Positions 22,757 to 31,708 of a stretch of DNA of 64,000 bases are shown in pieces. Position 1 is the stretch's first letter; every line of letters starts with the position of its first letter. The stretch is taken from NCBI GenBank assembly GCA_040882255.1, contig JBBEBP010000017.1:22870-86869 (forward strand). Reading direction: 5' to 3'. Both the position numbers and the translations under genes were made by a program. The DNA is from Pseudohongiellaceae bacterium. Lineage in GTDB: Bacteria > Pseudomonadota > Gammaproteobacteria > Pseudomonadales > Pseudohongiellaceae. Below the pieces are notes generated by a model. The model was given only the letters and a program-made list of their open reading frames with translations, searched no databases and was not told the DNA's origin.

Positions 22757-23383
22757 TCAGCCGGCTTCTACCGCGTCACCCGCAAAGGTCTTTCCACCAG
22801 ACTGACGGCGCCCGGCTTTCCCGGCCCGATGGCGGTATTCCAAGAGGTACTTCGGAAAGTGACGAATCAGCGTCCAGCGTGTGGTATACCCGACCCGTAT
22901 GCTGGAATGCGTTTTTGATCCCGCCATGAGCATGGGGGGACCCTGATAGATCTCCTTCGAACCCATCAACGCGTGAATCCGGCCGATGTTGGTATTCCTC
23001 GTATCAGCCATCAGCAGTACGTACTTCTTGCGACACAGAAACACATCACGAAGCATGTGCAACCAGATACGGAACTGTTCGGAAGCGCGGCGTACACCAG
23101 CGCCGATCCACAGGCCGTTCACTTCCATCATTTCATACTGGTCATTTCGGAAAAAGGCATGCTGCTCGCGCACCTCATCGGGCACGAACATCAGACTGCG
23201 GAAACCGGGCCTGGTCACCAGCATGTAGCCAGCCACCATTTTCCCGCCCTTGTAGGCCGCCACGATGCGGCTGCGCTGCGTGTAATCGTAGGGCAGCTTG
23301 ACCCGCACATAGCCTTCAAAGCGTTGCAGGTACTCGTTGATATCCCTTTCTTCTGTCAGGGTTTTGAATGTGATCGCTTCCAT
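22757..23383 (-). CDS. Hypothetical protein, possible GNAT-like acyltransferase fold (function unknown)
   Basis: 208 aa. GAGGA lies 8 nt upstream of ATG 23383, which sits inside the 3' end of the upstream methyltransferase gene (28-nt overlap). The segments IVAAYKGGKMVAGYMLV and MEVNGLWIGAGVRRASEQF look like GNAT beta4/P-loop regions. This is a weak, eye-only call. GC is lower than the surroundings. Confidence 0.55.
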   Translation of the reverse strand: MEAITFKTLTEERDINEYLQRFEGYVRVKLPYDYTQRSRIVAAYKGGKMVAGYMLVTRPGFRSLMFVPDEVREQHAFFRNDQYEMMEVNGLWIGAGVRRASEQFRIWLHMLRDVFLCRKKYVLLMADTRNTNIGRIHALMGSKEIYQGPPMLMAGSKTHSSIRVGYTTRWTLIRHFPKYLLEYRHRAGKAGRRQSGGKTFAGDAVEAG

Positions 23384-23916
23384 GATTTTATCCTCGGCAG
23401 GAACATGCCCACCTTGTTCTGGTATAGTCTGTAGGATTTACCCTGATCACTTTCCAGAATGATGCGTTCCTCCCGGCGTGCCGAAAGGAAATAGAAAGTG
23501 ACCAGGTAAATCAGTGTAATCCACAAGATGGGGGATCGGAATAACAGACTACTGGTCAACCAGACGAGAATATAGGAAGTATAGAACGGATGACGGACCC
23601 ATCCAAAAGGACCGGTTGTCACGATAGCCCCGACTTTACTGCTGAAAGCGAAGTCAAGACTGCGTGCAGTCCGTATCGACCACCAGAACAAAAACAGGGC
23701 CAGCGCATAGGCAAGCGCCCCGGCGGTAATTTCCATTTTTGTGATCTGCGTCACATTAGCCATATAATAGAACGTGACGGCCATCTGCGTAATGACGGCA
23801 AGATCGTATCCAAGAGCGGTCAGGCGGGGCATGCCGGGGTCGACACTGAAAAAGCGTAGCCGGCCCCAGACCAGACTTGCGACAATGGACAGATACAGGA
23901 TGATCAACAGGTTCAT
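23356..23916 (-). CDS. ICMT/PEMT-family integral-membrane methyltransferase
   Basis: 186 aa with about 5 TM segments. Signature TGPFGWVRHPFYTSYILVWL ... REERIILESDQGKSYRLYQNKVGMFLP matches the isoprenylcysteine carboxyl methyltransferase family pattern. A 60-nt sample has about 43% GC. Confidence 0.75.
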   Translation of the reverse strand: MNLLIILYLSIVASLVWGRLRFFSVDPGMPRLTALGYDLAVITQMAVTFYYMANVTQITKMEITAGALAYALALFLFWWSIRTARSLDFAFSSKVGAIVTTGPFGWVRHPFYTSYILVWLTSSLLFRSPILWITLIYLVTFYFLSARREERIILESDQGKSYRLYQNKVGMFLPRIKSWKRSHSKP

Positions 23917-24080
23917 AGCTTCCCTCTATGGTATAAAGGGCACCTCCATGACACGGACCACCCTTGGCCAGGAGAGGTGCCCTGTGGCACGGTCAGAGTG
24001 ACAACATAGAGTAATGCGCCGATAAAATCCATGTCGCCGCTTCCCGATATCACCGATACAGGCAAGGCAGAACAATAAAA

Positions 24081-25466
24081 ATGATGCACCCGGGCAAGTA
24101 CGCCGAATACGCCATCGAACACCTGCAGGAGTTCCGGGACGAGTTACGCGATGAAGCCTCCCGCGCATTACAGGGATGGGCCGGAAAAGCCGCCGGGCTG
24201 CTACTCATCCTCTCCTCGGTGATCACCTATACAACTCTGTCGTCGGGCGGAAATCCGGATGCCATCTACACGCTCTACACATATGCACCAGCCATCATCC
24301 TGGTGCTGTTCTACCCTTCAGCGTCGCTGCTGGTGTCGACGCTGGAGAAATATGCGCCGCTGATCATAGACCTGGCTTCCCTGGCCGTCCTGCTGGGCTT
24401 CTGCACGACCCTGCACTTCGCCTTCTCTTCCGCACTGGACAACCCCTCGCAGACGGACCTACAGCTGAATCTGTCAGGGCAGCTGAACTTCGCATTGATG
24501 ATGTCGACAGCCTTTTCGTTCCACGCGCGCTTCCGTAACACCGTCATCCGCAACATCCTGTTCACACTCAGTGGTGTGCTGTTTCTCTACCTGGTCAATC
24601 CCGGGTATCTGCTGGACAACCAGATTCAGGTGCTACAAGGCCTTTCCGCCGGCATCATTTTCTCCTGGATCTTCTTTCAGCGCATATTGACCCGCTTCTA
24701 CTACAAGTCCACGGACGCCGATACCAGACAGCATCTGTATAACCAGCTGTCCAAACTCGTGTATCCCCACCAGCTGTCAATGATCAAGGCCGGCGATGAA
24801 CTGGAGGACACCATGCCGGTGGAGAAAGAACGGGCCATTGTCAATGTATTCGATATCCAGAACAGCAGCGAGATCAAGCACGAGCAGACCAAGTCCTTCT
24901 TCCTCGACGTTTTCCGGGCATTTTCCCAGATCTGCATGATGGGGTATCGGCATAACCCCCTGCAGTCCCGGGCGTTCCGCCTGAAGGAAACCGGCGACGG
25001 CTTCATCAGTGCGGTGGGTTACCCGTTCATGGCGCCCGGCAAGGAATCATTGGCGGACCATTCTGTGGCCACGGCGCTCATGATGTTCCGGGCCTTCAAC
25101 ACGGAAGTAAAACGTTTCCAGTATGGTCACCCGATCAAAGCCGCCATGGGGTTGGCATTCAACACAGTGCAAGGCACCTTCCAGAGCAGCGGCATCAAAT
25201 CCTATGACCTGTTCGGAGACGCCCTGATCCAGGCGTACCGCTACGAGGAAATCCGCAAGCACCCGGATATCGAGCAGATCATCACGGAAACCGCCAGGGA
25301 GCAGGGTCTGACCCATTTCAATATCCTGATCATCCAGGAAGTGATCTACAACTCGCTCGACATCCGCTATCAGAAGCTGTTCGAGAAGATCGATCTGCAG
25401 GAGATCGGATTCGTCATCCGTCAGGACGCCCGCGCCCGATTCGTCTATTTTCACGTCATGGAGTGA
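24081..25466 (+). CDS. Polytopic membrane protein with divergent C-terminal class III nucleotidyl cyclase homology domain
   Basis: About 230 aa of hydrophobic N-terminus. It is followed by ERAIVNVFDIQNSSEI (cf. vtVLFaDIvGFT), KETGDGFISAVGYPF (cf. KtiGDaymavfG.P) and AAMGLAFNTVQGTFQSSGIKSYDLFGDALIQAYRYEE (cf. riGihtG.v.aGviG...YdvwGdtVN.AsRmE). Confidence 0.6.
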   Translation: MMHPGKYAEYAIEHLQEFRDELRDEASRALQGWAGKAAGLLLILSSVITYTTLSSGGNPDAIYTLYTYAPAIILVLFYPSASLLVSTLEKYAPLIIDLASLAVLLGFCTTLHFAFSSALDNPSQTDLQLNLSGQLNFALMMSTAFSFHARFRNTVIRNILFTLSGVLFLYLVNPGYLLDNQIQVLQGLSAGIIFSWIFFQRILTRFYYKSTDADTRQHLYNQLSKLVYPHQLSMIKAGDELEDTMPVEKERAIVNVFDIQNSSEIKHEQTKSFFLDVFRAFSQICMMGYRHNPLQSRAFRLKETGDGFISAVGYPFMAPGKESLADHSVATALMMFRAFNTEVKRFQYGHPIKAAMGLAFNTVQGTFQSSGIKSYDLFGDALIQAYRYEEIRKHPDIEQIITETAREQGLTHFNILIIQEVIYNSLDIRYQKLFEKIDLQEIGFVIRQDARARFVYFHVME

Positions 25467-25556
25467 CTGCGACTCCGGGACCTGGAGGCCTGACATGAAA
25501 CCGACATCCGGATCGGTTATAATGTTGCGCTGAAATCGTAATACAAGGACAGCTCC

Positions 25557-27044
25557 ATGAGTTCAGATGACCACTCAAGTCCTGCTCATACCGTCGAAAA
25601 AATCGGCGGCACCTCCATGAGCCAGTTTGAAGCGGTTCGACAGAACATTTTCATGAATCCCGCGCTGGACGGACAATACTACCGGCGCATCTTCGTGGTC
25701 TCGGCCTACGGTGGCATCACCGACATGCTGCTGGAGCACAAGAAAACCGGGCAACCGGGTATTTTCTCCCTGTTCTCCGATGCGGAGGAAGAAGACAGCT
25801 GGCTGGAAGCCTTTGCCCGTTTGCGTGCCCGTATCCTGGAAATCAACGAAGAGCTGTTCGAGGAGACGAAACACCTGGACCGGGCCAACGCGTTCATCCT
25901 GCAGCGTCTGCATGATGCCGAGAATGTACTGCAGGACGTCAAGAACCTGTGCCGGCACGGTCATTTTGCCCTCAGCGACTATCTGCTCACGGTGCGCGAG
26001 ATGCTCGCCAGCCTGGGCGAGATCCACAGCGCCTACAACACTACCCAGCTGCTGCGCCTGCACGGCCTCAATGCAAGGCTGATCGACCTGTCGGGCTGGG
26101 GCAGCCACGACGCCCTGCCGCTTGACGAGCAGCTGAAAAGCGCTTTCCAGGACATCGACCTGGAAAAGGAACTGCCCATTGCAACCGGTTACTGCCATTG
26201 CCAGGGCGGCCTGATGAAGGTTTTCGATCGCGGCTACAGCGAAATGACTTTCAGCCGGATTGCCGTCACCACCGGCGCATCCGAAGCCATCATCCACAAG
26301 GAATTCCACCTCAGCAGCGCCGACCCGCGCGTCGTTGGTGTGGACAATGCCGTGCCCATCGGGCGCACCAATTATGACGTGGCGGATCAGCTGGCCAACC
26401 TCGGCATGGAAGCAATTCACCCTCGTGCCGCGAAGGGTCTGCGCAAAAACAACATCCATCTGCGCGTCAAGAACACCTTCGAGCCGGAACACACCGGCAC
26501 GCTGATCACCCGGGACTACGTCAGTGACTCCCCCTGCGTGGAAATCATCGCCGGGCGCAAGGCGGTGTACGCCGTGGAGCTGTTTGACCAGGAGATGGTC
26601 GGGGACCTGTCACGCTACGAGCGCATCTTTCTGGAGGAAATCACCCGTTTCAAGGCCCAGATCATCAACAAGGACCTGAACGCCAACACCATCACGCACT
26701 ATCTGGCCGCCAACCTGAAGACCATCAAGCGGATCCAGGCACAGTTGCAGGAACTGTTCGGGGAAGCCGAGATCAACGTGCGCAAGGTCTGCATAGTGTC
26801 CGCGATCGGCAGCGACATCAAGATTTCCGGCATGCTGGCAAAGACCGCTGCGGCGCTCGCCGATGCGAACGTGGTCATCCAGGCGGTGCATCAGTCCATG
26901 CGTCAGGTGGACATGCAGTTCGTGCTGGACGAGCAGGACTACGAGGATGCAGTCCGGGCCTTGCACTCCTCGCTGGTGGAAGCACACAACCACGGGCGGG
27001 CCATCAAACTGGCCAGCCCGGAACAGAACCTGCTACAGGACTGA
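25557..27044 (+). CDS. ask: Aspartate kinase of the ectoine-associated (Ask_Ect) type
   Basis: HTVEKIGGTSMSQFEAV...RIFVVSAYGGITDMLLEHKKTGQPGIF and GRTNYDVADQLANLGMEAIHPRAAKGL closely follow my memory of P. stutzeri Ask_Ect. Two ACT-like regions at the C-terminus. Confidence 0.8.
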   Translation: MSSDDHSSPAHTVEKIGGTSMSQFEAVRQNIFMNPALDGQYYRRIFVVSAYGGITDMLLEHKKTGQPGIFSLFSDAEEEDSWLEAFARLRARILEINEELFEETKHLDRANAFILQRLHDAENVLQDVKNLCRHGHFALSDYLLTVREMLASLGEIHSAYNTTQLLRLHGLNARLIDLSGWGSHDALPLDEQLKSAFQDIDLEKELPIATGYCHCQGGLMKVFDRGYSEMTFSRIAVTTGASEAIIHKEFHLSSADPRVVGVDNAVPIGRTNYDVADQLANLGMEAIHPRAAKGLRKNNIHLRVKNTFEPEHTGTLITRDYVSDSPCVEIIAGRKAVYAVELFDQEMVGDLSRYERIFLEEITRFKAQIINKDLNANTITHYLAANLKTIKRIQAQLQELFGEAEINVRKVCIVSAIGSDIKISGMLAKTAAALADANVVIQAVHQSMRQVDMQFVLDEQDYEDAVRALHSSLVEAHNHGRAIKLASPEQNLLQD

Positions 27045-27083
27045 CGACATCCACGACGCGCGGCAAACTGCGGGGACTGGCCG

Positions 27084-28901
27084 TCAGCTCGCCGGGCGTT
27101 CGTACAGCTCCACCCGGTTGCGGCCTTCTTGCTTGGCATCATACAGCGCCAGGTCGACACCGGTGAGCAGATCCGCCGGTACAAGGTCATGGCCTGCATC
27201 CAGTGCGATGATCACGCCAGCGCTGAACGTGTGCTCGATCAGGTGATCACGGAATTCGGTGGGCGTTCCCGCAAAACGTCGCCGGATTCTTTCAACCAGA
27301 TCCCTCACCGTACCGGAATCCGGTGCCTGGAGCAGCATGATGAATTCATCACCTCCAAGACGCACGCAGACATCGCTGGAGCGGCTGCTGGCACGCAGCA
27401 ACTGCGCCAGTTCAACCAGCACCCTGTCACCAGCCTCGTGTCCGTACACATCATTGATGGCCTTGAAGTCATCCAGATCAATCATCACCAGATAGACCGG
27501 TATGGCATTGCGCCGGAACGCGGAACGGAACCGCTGGTAGGCGGAAAGCAACATTCTGCGATTGCCCAGCCCGGTCAAGGGGTCCTGTTCCGCCATTTCC
27601 AGCGCAGTGCGCCGGCCCCGCTCAAGCTGCATAACCCGCTCGCCGATCGCCACCATCAGCAGCAATGCTTCGGCAAAACTGCCCGCCTGGGACACCAGCA
27701 ACACGCCATCCATGCCCCGCCCGAGCCAGCCGGTGGCCGCATTGATGACACTCAACAACAGCCCGCCCGAATACAGCACCCAGGCAGCAATGTACCAGCG
27801 GGCATGGCTCAGCCCGGCGCGCCAGGCCAACACGCCGGCCACCGGCAGCAACAGTGTGGCTATCAGAGATAGATAGGCAAAGTAGAGGACCGGCTCGTAC
27901 AGCCCGGCGGCCAGACGCAGCACGACCGCCAGGACCATGGCCCACTGGGCCACGACCATCACCCGGTTAATGACGGGAAGCGTGGCGTCCAATCGGAGAA
28001 AGCTGCGCGAGAACTGGAAGGCAAAGAAACTGAACAGCAGAAAGGCGACATGGAATCCCTCATTCTGCAGATAGACGTTGTCCGGCCACAGGTGTTGGTA
28101 CCCCAGGCCGTTCAACAGCGCCCACATCGCCATGGTGGCGATCAGGAACGCGGCATAGTACAACGCACTGGGCTGGCGCATGACCAGACCGATGACCACT
28201 GCCATTATCAGCAGCACGAACATGACGCCATACCAGGCGCCGAACACGAGATTCTCGCTCTGCACAGAACGGAAGAAAGTCCGTTCACGTTGCACCGTAA
28301 ACATCAGACTCAGTGAATCGGCCTTTGTGTAGCCCGCCCGCAAATAGACATCCGTGACCTCTCCCGGCGCGGTGGTATGCCGGAACGCGAGTTTCCGGTA
28401 GCTTACCGGCCGGTCACTGAACGGTACACGATCACTCAATGAGGCCCGCTGGAACCGTTCACTCTCCCCATCAGCCACCGGCCCGGAACGATCCCGGTAG
28501 ACGATATCCAGATGATCGAGATAACTGGTGTCACCATGCAACACCCAGGTCTGCGGTATCGCACTGTTGTTGTGTATGCGAAAGCGCAGCCAGTGCGCCT
28601 GGCCGGTGATTCCCCGCCCCGTATCCGACGCTTCCAGAGGCTGGAACGGAAGCGCCTGCAACGCCTCCATCAGACGTTCCGGATGGCTGCCGGTATCGGG
28701 AAAACCGGCCGTCTCCGTTGCCCACTCGGCGGGAGCCAGAAGCGTCATCTGTTCATCCCGGCCGATATCGAACACCGGCATTTCCTGTGCCAAAAGAGGC
28801 AGCCCGCGACCCACCCCCAGAACCAACAGGAGAGCAACCACAGCATGGCGCAGTACAATACGATTCACGGCAGGTTCAAACCTTTTCTCTGTTATTATCA
28901 C
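27084..28901 (-). CDS. 7TMR-DISM sensor diguanylate cyclase (GGDEF)
   Basis: Signal peptide plus a periplasmic DISMED2-like region, then 7 TM segments, then a C-terminal GGDEF domain (RLGGDEFIMLL; DPLTGLGNRR). Confidence 0.85.
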   Translation of the reverse strand: MIITEKRFEPAVNRIVLRHAVVALLLVLGVGRGLPLLAQEMPVFDIGRDEQMTLLAPAEWATETAGFPDTGSHPERLMEALQALPFQPLEASDTGRGITGQAHWLRFRIHNNSAIPQTWVLHGDTSYLDHLDIVYRDRSGPVADGESERFQRASLSDRVPFSDRPVSYRKLAFRHTTAPGEVTDVYLRAGYTKADSLSLMFTVQRERTFFRSVQSENLVFGAWYGVMFVLLIMAVVIGLVMRQPSALYYAAFLIATMAMWALLNGLGYQHLWPDNVYLQNEGFHVAFLLFSFFAFQFSRSFLRLDATLPVINRVMVVAQWAMVLAVVLRLAAGLYEPVLYFAYLSLIATLLLPVAGVLAWRAGLSHARWYIAAWVLYSGGLLLSVINAATGWLGRGMDGVLLVSQAGSFAEALLLMVAIGERVMQLERGRRTALEMAEQDPLTGLGNRRMLLSAYQRFRSAFRRNAIPVYLVMIDLDDFKAINDVYGHEAGDRVLVELAQLLRASSRSSDVCVRLGGDEFIMLLQAPDSGTVRDLVERIRRRFAGTPTEFRDHLIEHTFSAGVIIALDAGHDLVPADLLTGVDLALYDAKQEGRNRVELYERPAS

Positions 28902-28942
28902 AATGGCACTTTCATTCAGTATAGCAATCAGACGCCAGCGTA

Positions 28943-30127
28943 ATGAATCCGATTGACCAGCATATTGCCCGCCTGCGCGAAGAAACTCCCGGATGTCAGC
29001 ACCGACTGCATTTCAACAACGCAGGAACCGCCCTGTCACCAATGGCAGTGACAGGCGCCCTGCTGGACCATCTGGCGCTGGAGCAGCGCTTCGGTGGCTA
29101 TGAGGCAGCGGCCGAGGCGCAGACCTCGGTGGACGGCTTCTATCACGCGTTTGCCCGCTTGCTGAATAGCGAAACCAGTGAGGTGGCCTGGGCAGAAAGC
29201 GCCTCCGCCGCGTGGAATACGCTGTTGCACGCCATCCCTCTTGAAGCCGGGGACCGCATTGTCACCGGACGATCCGAGTACGCGGGGAACTACCTGTCCC
29301 TGCTTCATCTTGCACGGACCAGACAGGTCACCATCGATGTCATCGACAATCGCCCGGATGGCACTATCGACCTCGACCGCCTTGAGGCGGCGCTGGACAG
29401 TGACGTGCGACTCATTGCACTGACCCATGTGGCCAGCCAGAATGGCACGGTTCAGCCTGCCGAGGCGGTAGGCAGGCTGGCCCGCCGGCACCGCATCCTC
29501 TACCTGCTGGACGTCGCTCAGAGCGCCGGACAGCTTCCCCTGGACGTCCGCTCACTGGGCTGTGACATGCTTGTCGGTACTGGCCGCAAGTTTCTGCGCG
29601 GCCCCCGTGGCACTGGATTCCTGTACGTGCGCCATGATGTGACCGCGCGCCTGGAGCCGGACCGGGTGGACCTGCATGCCGCCCGCTGGCTGTCCGATCA
29701 GCAGTATCGCTTCCATGATGATGCACGGCGTTTCGAGAGTTTCGAGCGCTCCGTGGCGGGACAGATCGCCCTGGGCCGGGCAGCCGCCTACGCCTTCGAG
29801 CTGGGGCTGCCCGCCATCCGGAACCGCGTCGTGGCACTTGCGGGCAGGCTGCGCCAATCACTGTCCACAATACCGGGTGTCGCCGTCCATGAACGGCTGG
29901 ATGCCAACAGCGGAATCGTCACTTTCAGTCAACGCAACGTGTCAGCAGCAGACCTGCATGGACAATTGCTGCAGCGCGGCATCAACAGCTCGGTGGCGCG
30001 CCGTTGCAATACGCAGCTGGATTTCCGGCGCCGCGGTCTGGAGGACATCAACCGCGCCTCGGTGCACTACTATAATACCCCGGAGGAAGTGGATACGTTC
30101 TGTGAGGCGGTCGAACGCGGTAGCTGA
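28943..30127 (+). CDS. Class V PLP-dependent aminotransferase/cysteine desulfurase-like enzyme
   Basis: 394 aa. LTHVASQNGTVQP ... DMLVGTGRKFLRGPRGTGFLY (PLP-Lys region) is typical of the class V fold. Confidence 0.75.
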   Translation: MNPIDQHIARLREETPGCQHRLHFNNAGTALSPMAVTGALLDHLALEQRFGGYEAAAEAQTSVDGFYHAFARLLNSETSEVAWAESASAAWNTLLHAIPLEAGDRIVTGRSEYAGNYLSLLHLARTRQVTIDVIDNRPDGTIDLDRLEAALDSDVRLIALTHVASQNGTVQPAEAVGRLARRHRILYLLDVAQSAGQLPLDVRSLGCDMLVGTGRKFLRGPRGTGFLYVRHDVTARLEPDRVDLHAARWLSDQQYRFHDDARRFESFERSVAGQIALGRAAAYAFELGLPAIRNRVVALAGRLRQSLSTIPGVAVHERLDANSGIVTFSQRNVSAADLHGQLLQRGINSSVARRCNTQLDFRRRGLEDINRASVHYYNTPEEVDTFCEAVERGS

Positions 30128-30139
30128 CCCGGCTTTCTG

Positions 30140-31492
30140 TCAGCCCAACAGCATCTGACCATACACCAGCAGGATGGCTGCCGGGCAGATATAGCGGATG
30201 TAGAAGGGCCAGAGTTTCCAGAACCAGGAGTGCTGCGCTTCCGGAAAACCTTCACGAATCTCACCCAACACGGCATCACGATGCCAGATCCAGGCCACAA
30301 AAACCGCAAAGAAAAAGCCCAACAGGGGCTGGCTGAACTCCGTCGTCAGACTGACCACCAGGTCAAACAACGTATTGAAGTTCAGCACGATCAACAGCGA
30401 GACCGCTGCGACCGCGCTACCGGTCAGCCAGGCCGCCTTGCGACGACCCATCCCTCGCGCCTCCACCGCGTAGGACACCGGCACCTCGAGCATGGAAATG
30501 GAGGAAGTCAGCGAGGCAATACTCATCAGCATGAAGAACGCCAGCGAAACCAGCACACCGGCAAAACCCATATTGTCGAAGAGCGACGGCAACACGGCGA
30601 CGATCAACCCTGGCCCGGCTATCAGTCCTCCCTCCGCGTCATAGATCTCCACGCCGCCGGCCAGCGCCACATACATCGCCGGGAGGATCAGCAGACCCGC
30701 AGTGACGGCTATGCCGATATCGAGCAATGCCACCATGCCGCCCAGTGCCGGCAGATTTTCTCTTTTGCTGACGTAGGAACCGTAAATCAGCATCGTCCCC
30801 ACACCCAGGGAGAGGGAGAAGAAAGCCTGCCCCATGGCACTGAGCAGCAAACCGGGGTCAGCCACCTGCGAGAAATCCGGCACCAGATAGGCCCGCAGCC
30901 CGTCCATGGCACCGTCCAGGGTCAGCACATACAGAATCAGCAACACCAACAGTACGATCAGCGAGGGCATCAGGCGGGTGGCCCAGCGTTCGATGCCGCG
31001 TCGCACCCCGGCGCTGACCACATAGACCGTCAGCACCACAAAAAGCAGCATGAATACACCGTCCCGCAGCAGACTGCCGGTGGCCAACCAGTCGGCGCCC
31101 GCGCTCCAGCCCGCCAGTGAGGCCAGCGACGCGAGAAACCAGGCCACCATCCAGCCACTGACGATGGCATAGAAACACAGGATCAGGGTGACCGTGACGA
31201 TCCCTGCGAACCCCACCAGCGTGCCCAGCAAACGGGAGCGTGGTCCCCGGGAGATACCCTGCAGTGCGGTCACGGCGTTGGACTTGCCGTGCCGCCCGAT
31301 GATCAGTTCGGCCATCAGCGCCGGATAGGCCAGCGCAAAAGCCAGAATCAGATAGACGAACAGGAATGCGGCTCCGCCATTGCTGGCCGCATTGGTGGGA
31401 AACCCCCAGATATTTCCCAATCCGACCGCTGAACCGGAAGCGGCCATCAGAAAGCCGAATCGTGAAGTGAACTCCCCGCGAGGCGTCTGCAT
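30140..31492 (-). CDS. Sodium-dependent transporter, neurotransmitter:sodium symporter (SNF) family
   Basis: FLMAASGSAVGLGNIWGFP signature. 450 aa with about 11-12 TM segments. Confidence 0.88.
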   Translation of the reverse strand: MQTPRGEFTSRFGFLMAASGSAVGLGNIWGFPTNAASNGGAAFLFVYLILAFALAYPALMAELIIGRHGKSNAVTALQGISRGPRSRLLGTLVGFAGIVTVTLILCFYAIVSGWMVAWFLASLASLAGWSAGADWLATGSLLRDGVFMLLFVVLTVYVVSAGVRRGIERWATRLMPSLIVLLVLLILYVLTLDGAMDGLRAYLVPDFSQVADPGLLLSAMGQAFFSLSLGVGTMLIYGSYVSKRENLPALGGMVALLDIGIAVTAGLLILPAMYVALAGGVEIYDAEGGLIAGPGLIVAVLPSLFDNMGFAGVLVSLAFFMLMSIASLTSSISMLEVPVSYAVEARGMGRRKAAWLTGSAVAAVSLLIVLNFNTLFDLVVSLTTEFSQPLLGFFFAVFVAWIWHRDAVLGEIREGFPEAQHSWFWKLWPFYIRYICPAAILLVYGQMLLG

Positions 31493-31504
31493 TGGCTCTC
31501 CCCT

Positions 31505-31672
31505 CTAGTACCGTGACCTATAGATTTCAGAACAACCAGCGAGTCGCTGAGCGGCCAGATGCAAGACGCGCTGGTGCCGGAATGGCCGCCCCCATTTCAA
31601 GCCAGCGCAACGCCGCAGATGGTCGCTCAGCGGCTCGCTGGTTGTTCTGAAATCTATGGGTCACGGTACTAG
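31505..31672. repeat. 168-bp near-perfect palindromic intergenic element E1, flanked by CTAG (MITE-like/foldback)
   Basis: Outer arms 31505-31557 and 31620-31672 pair at 50/53 positions (CTAGTACCGTGACCyATAGATTTCAGAACAACCAGCGAGyCGCTGAGCGrCCA). An inner GCGCTGG/CCAGCGC stem is also present. CTAG sits at both ends. Confidence 0.85.
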
Positions 31673-31708
31673 TGACCCATGCGGGCGAAGATGATGATCA
31701 ACCGGCGC

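Noticed and set aside
23938-23985. Inverted repeat AGGGCACCTC...GAGGTGCCCT, and a TGGCAC-containing stretch considered as a sigma-54 promoter, in the spacer between the methyltransferase and cyclase genes
   Set aside because: The TGGCAC is not followed by a TTGC -12 element at the correct spacing. The 10-bp inverted repeat has a 26-nt loop and no supporting context. It may be an operator but that cannot be supported.
22757-25466. Considered whether the cyclase-like gene marks a Pycsar/CBASS-type cyclic-nucleotide defence system
   Set aside because: No adjacent effector with a cNMP-binding, TIR, patatin, SAVED or similar domain is recognisable. The neighbouring genes look like small-molecule or lipid-modifying enzymes instead.
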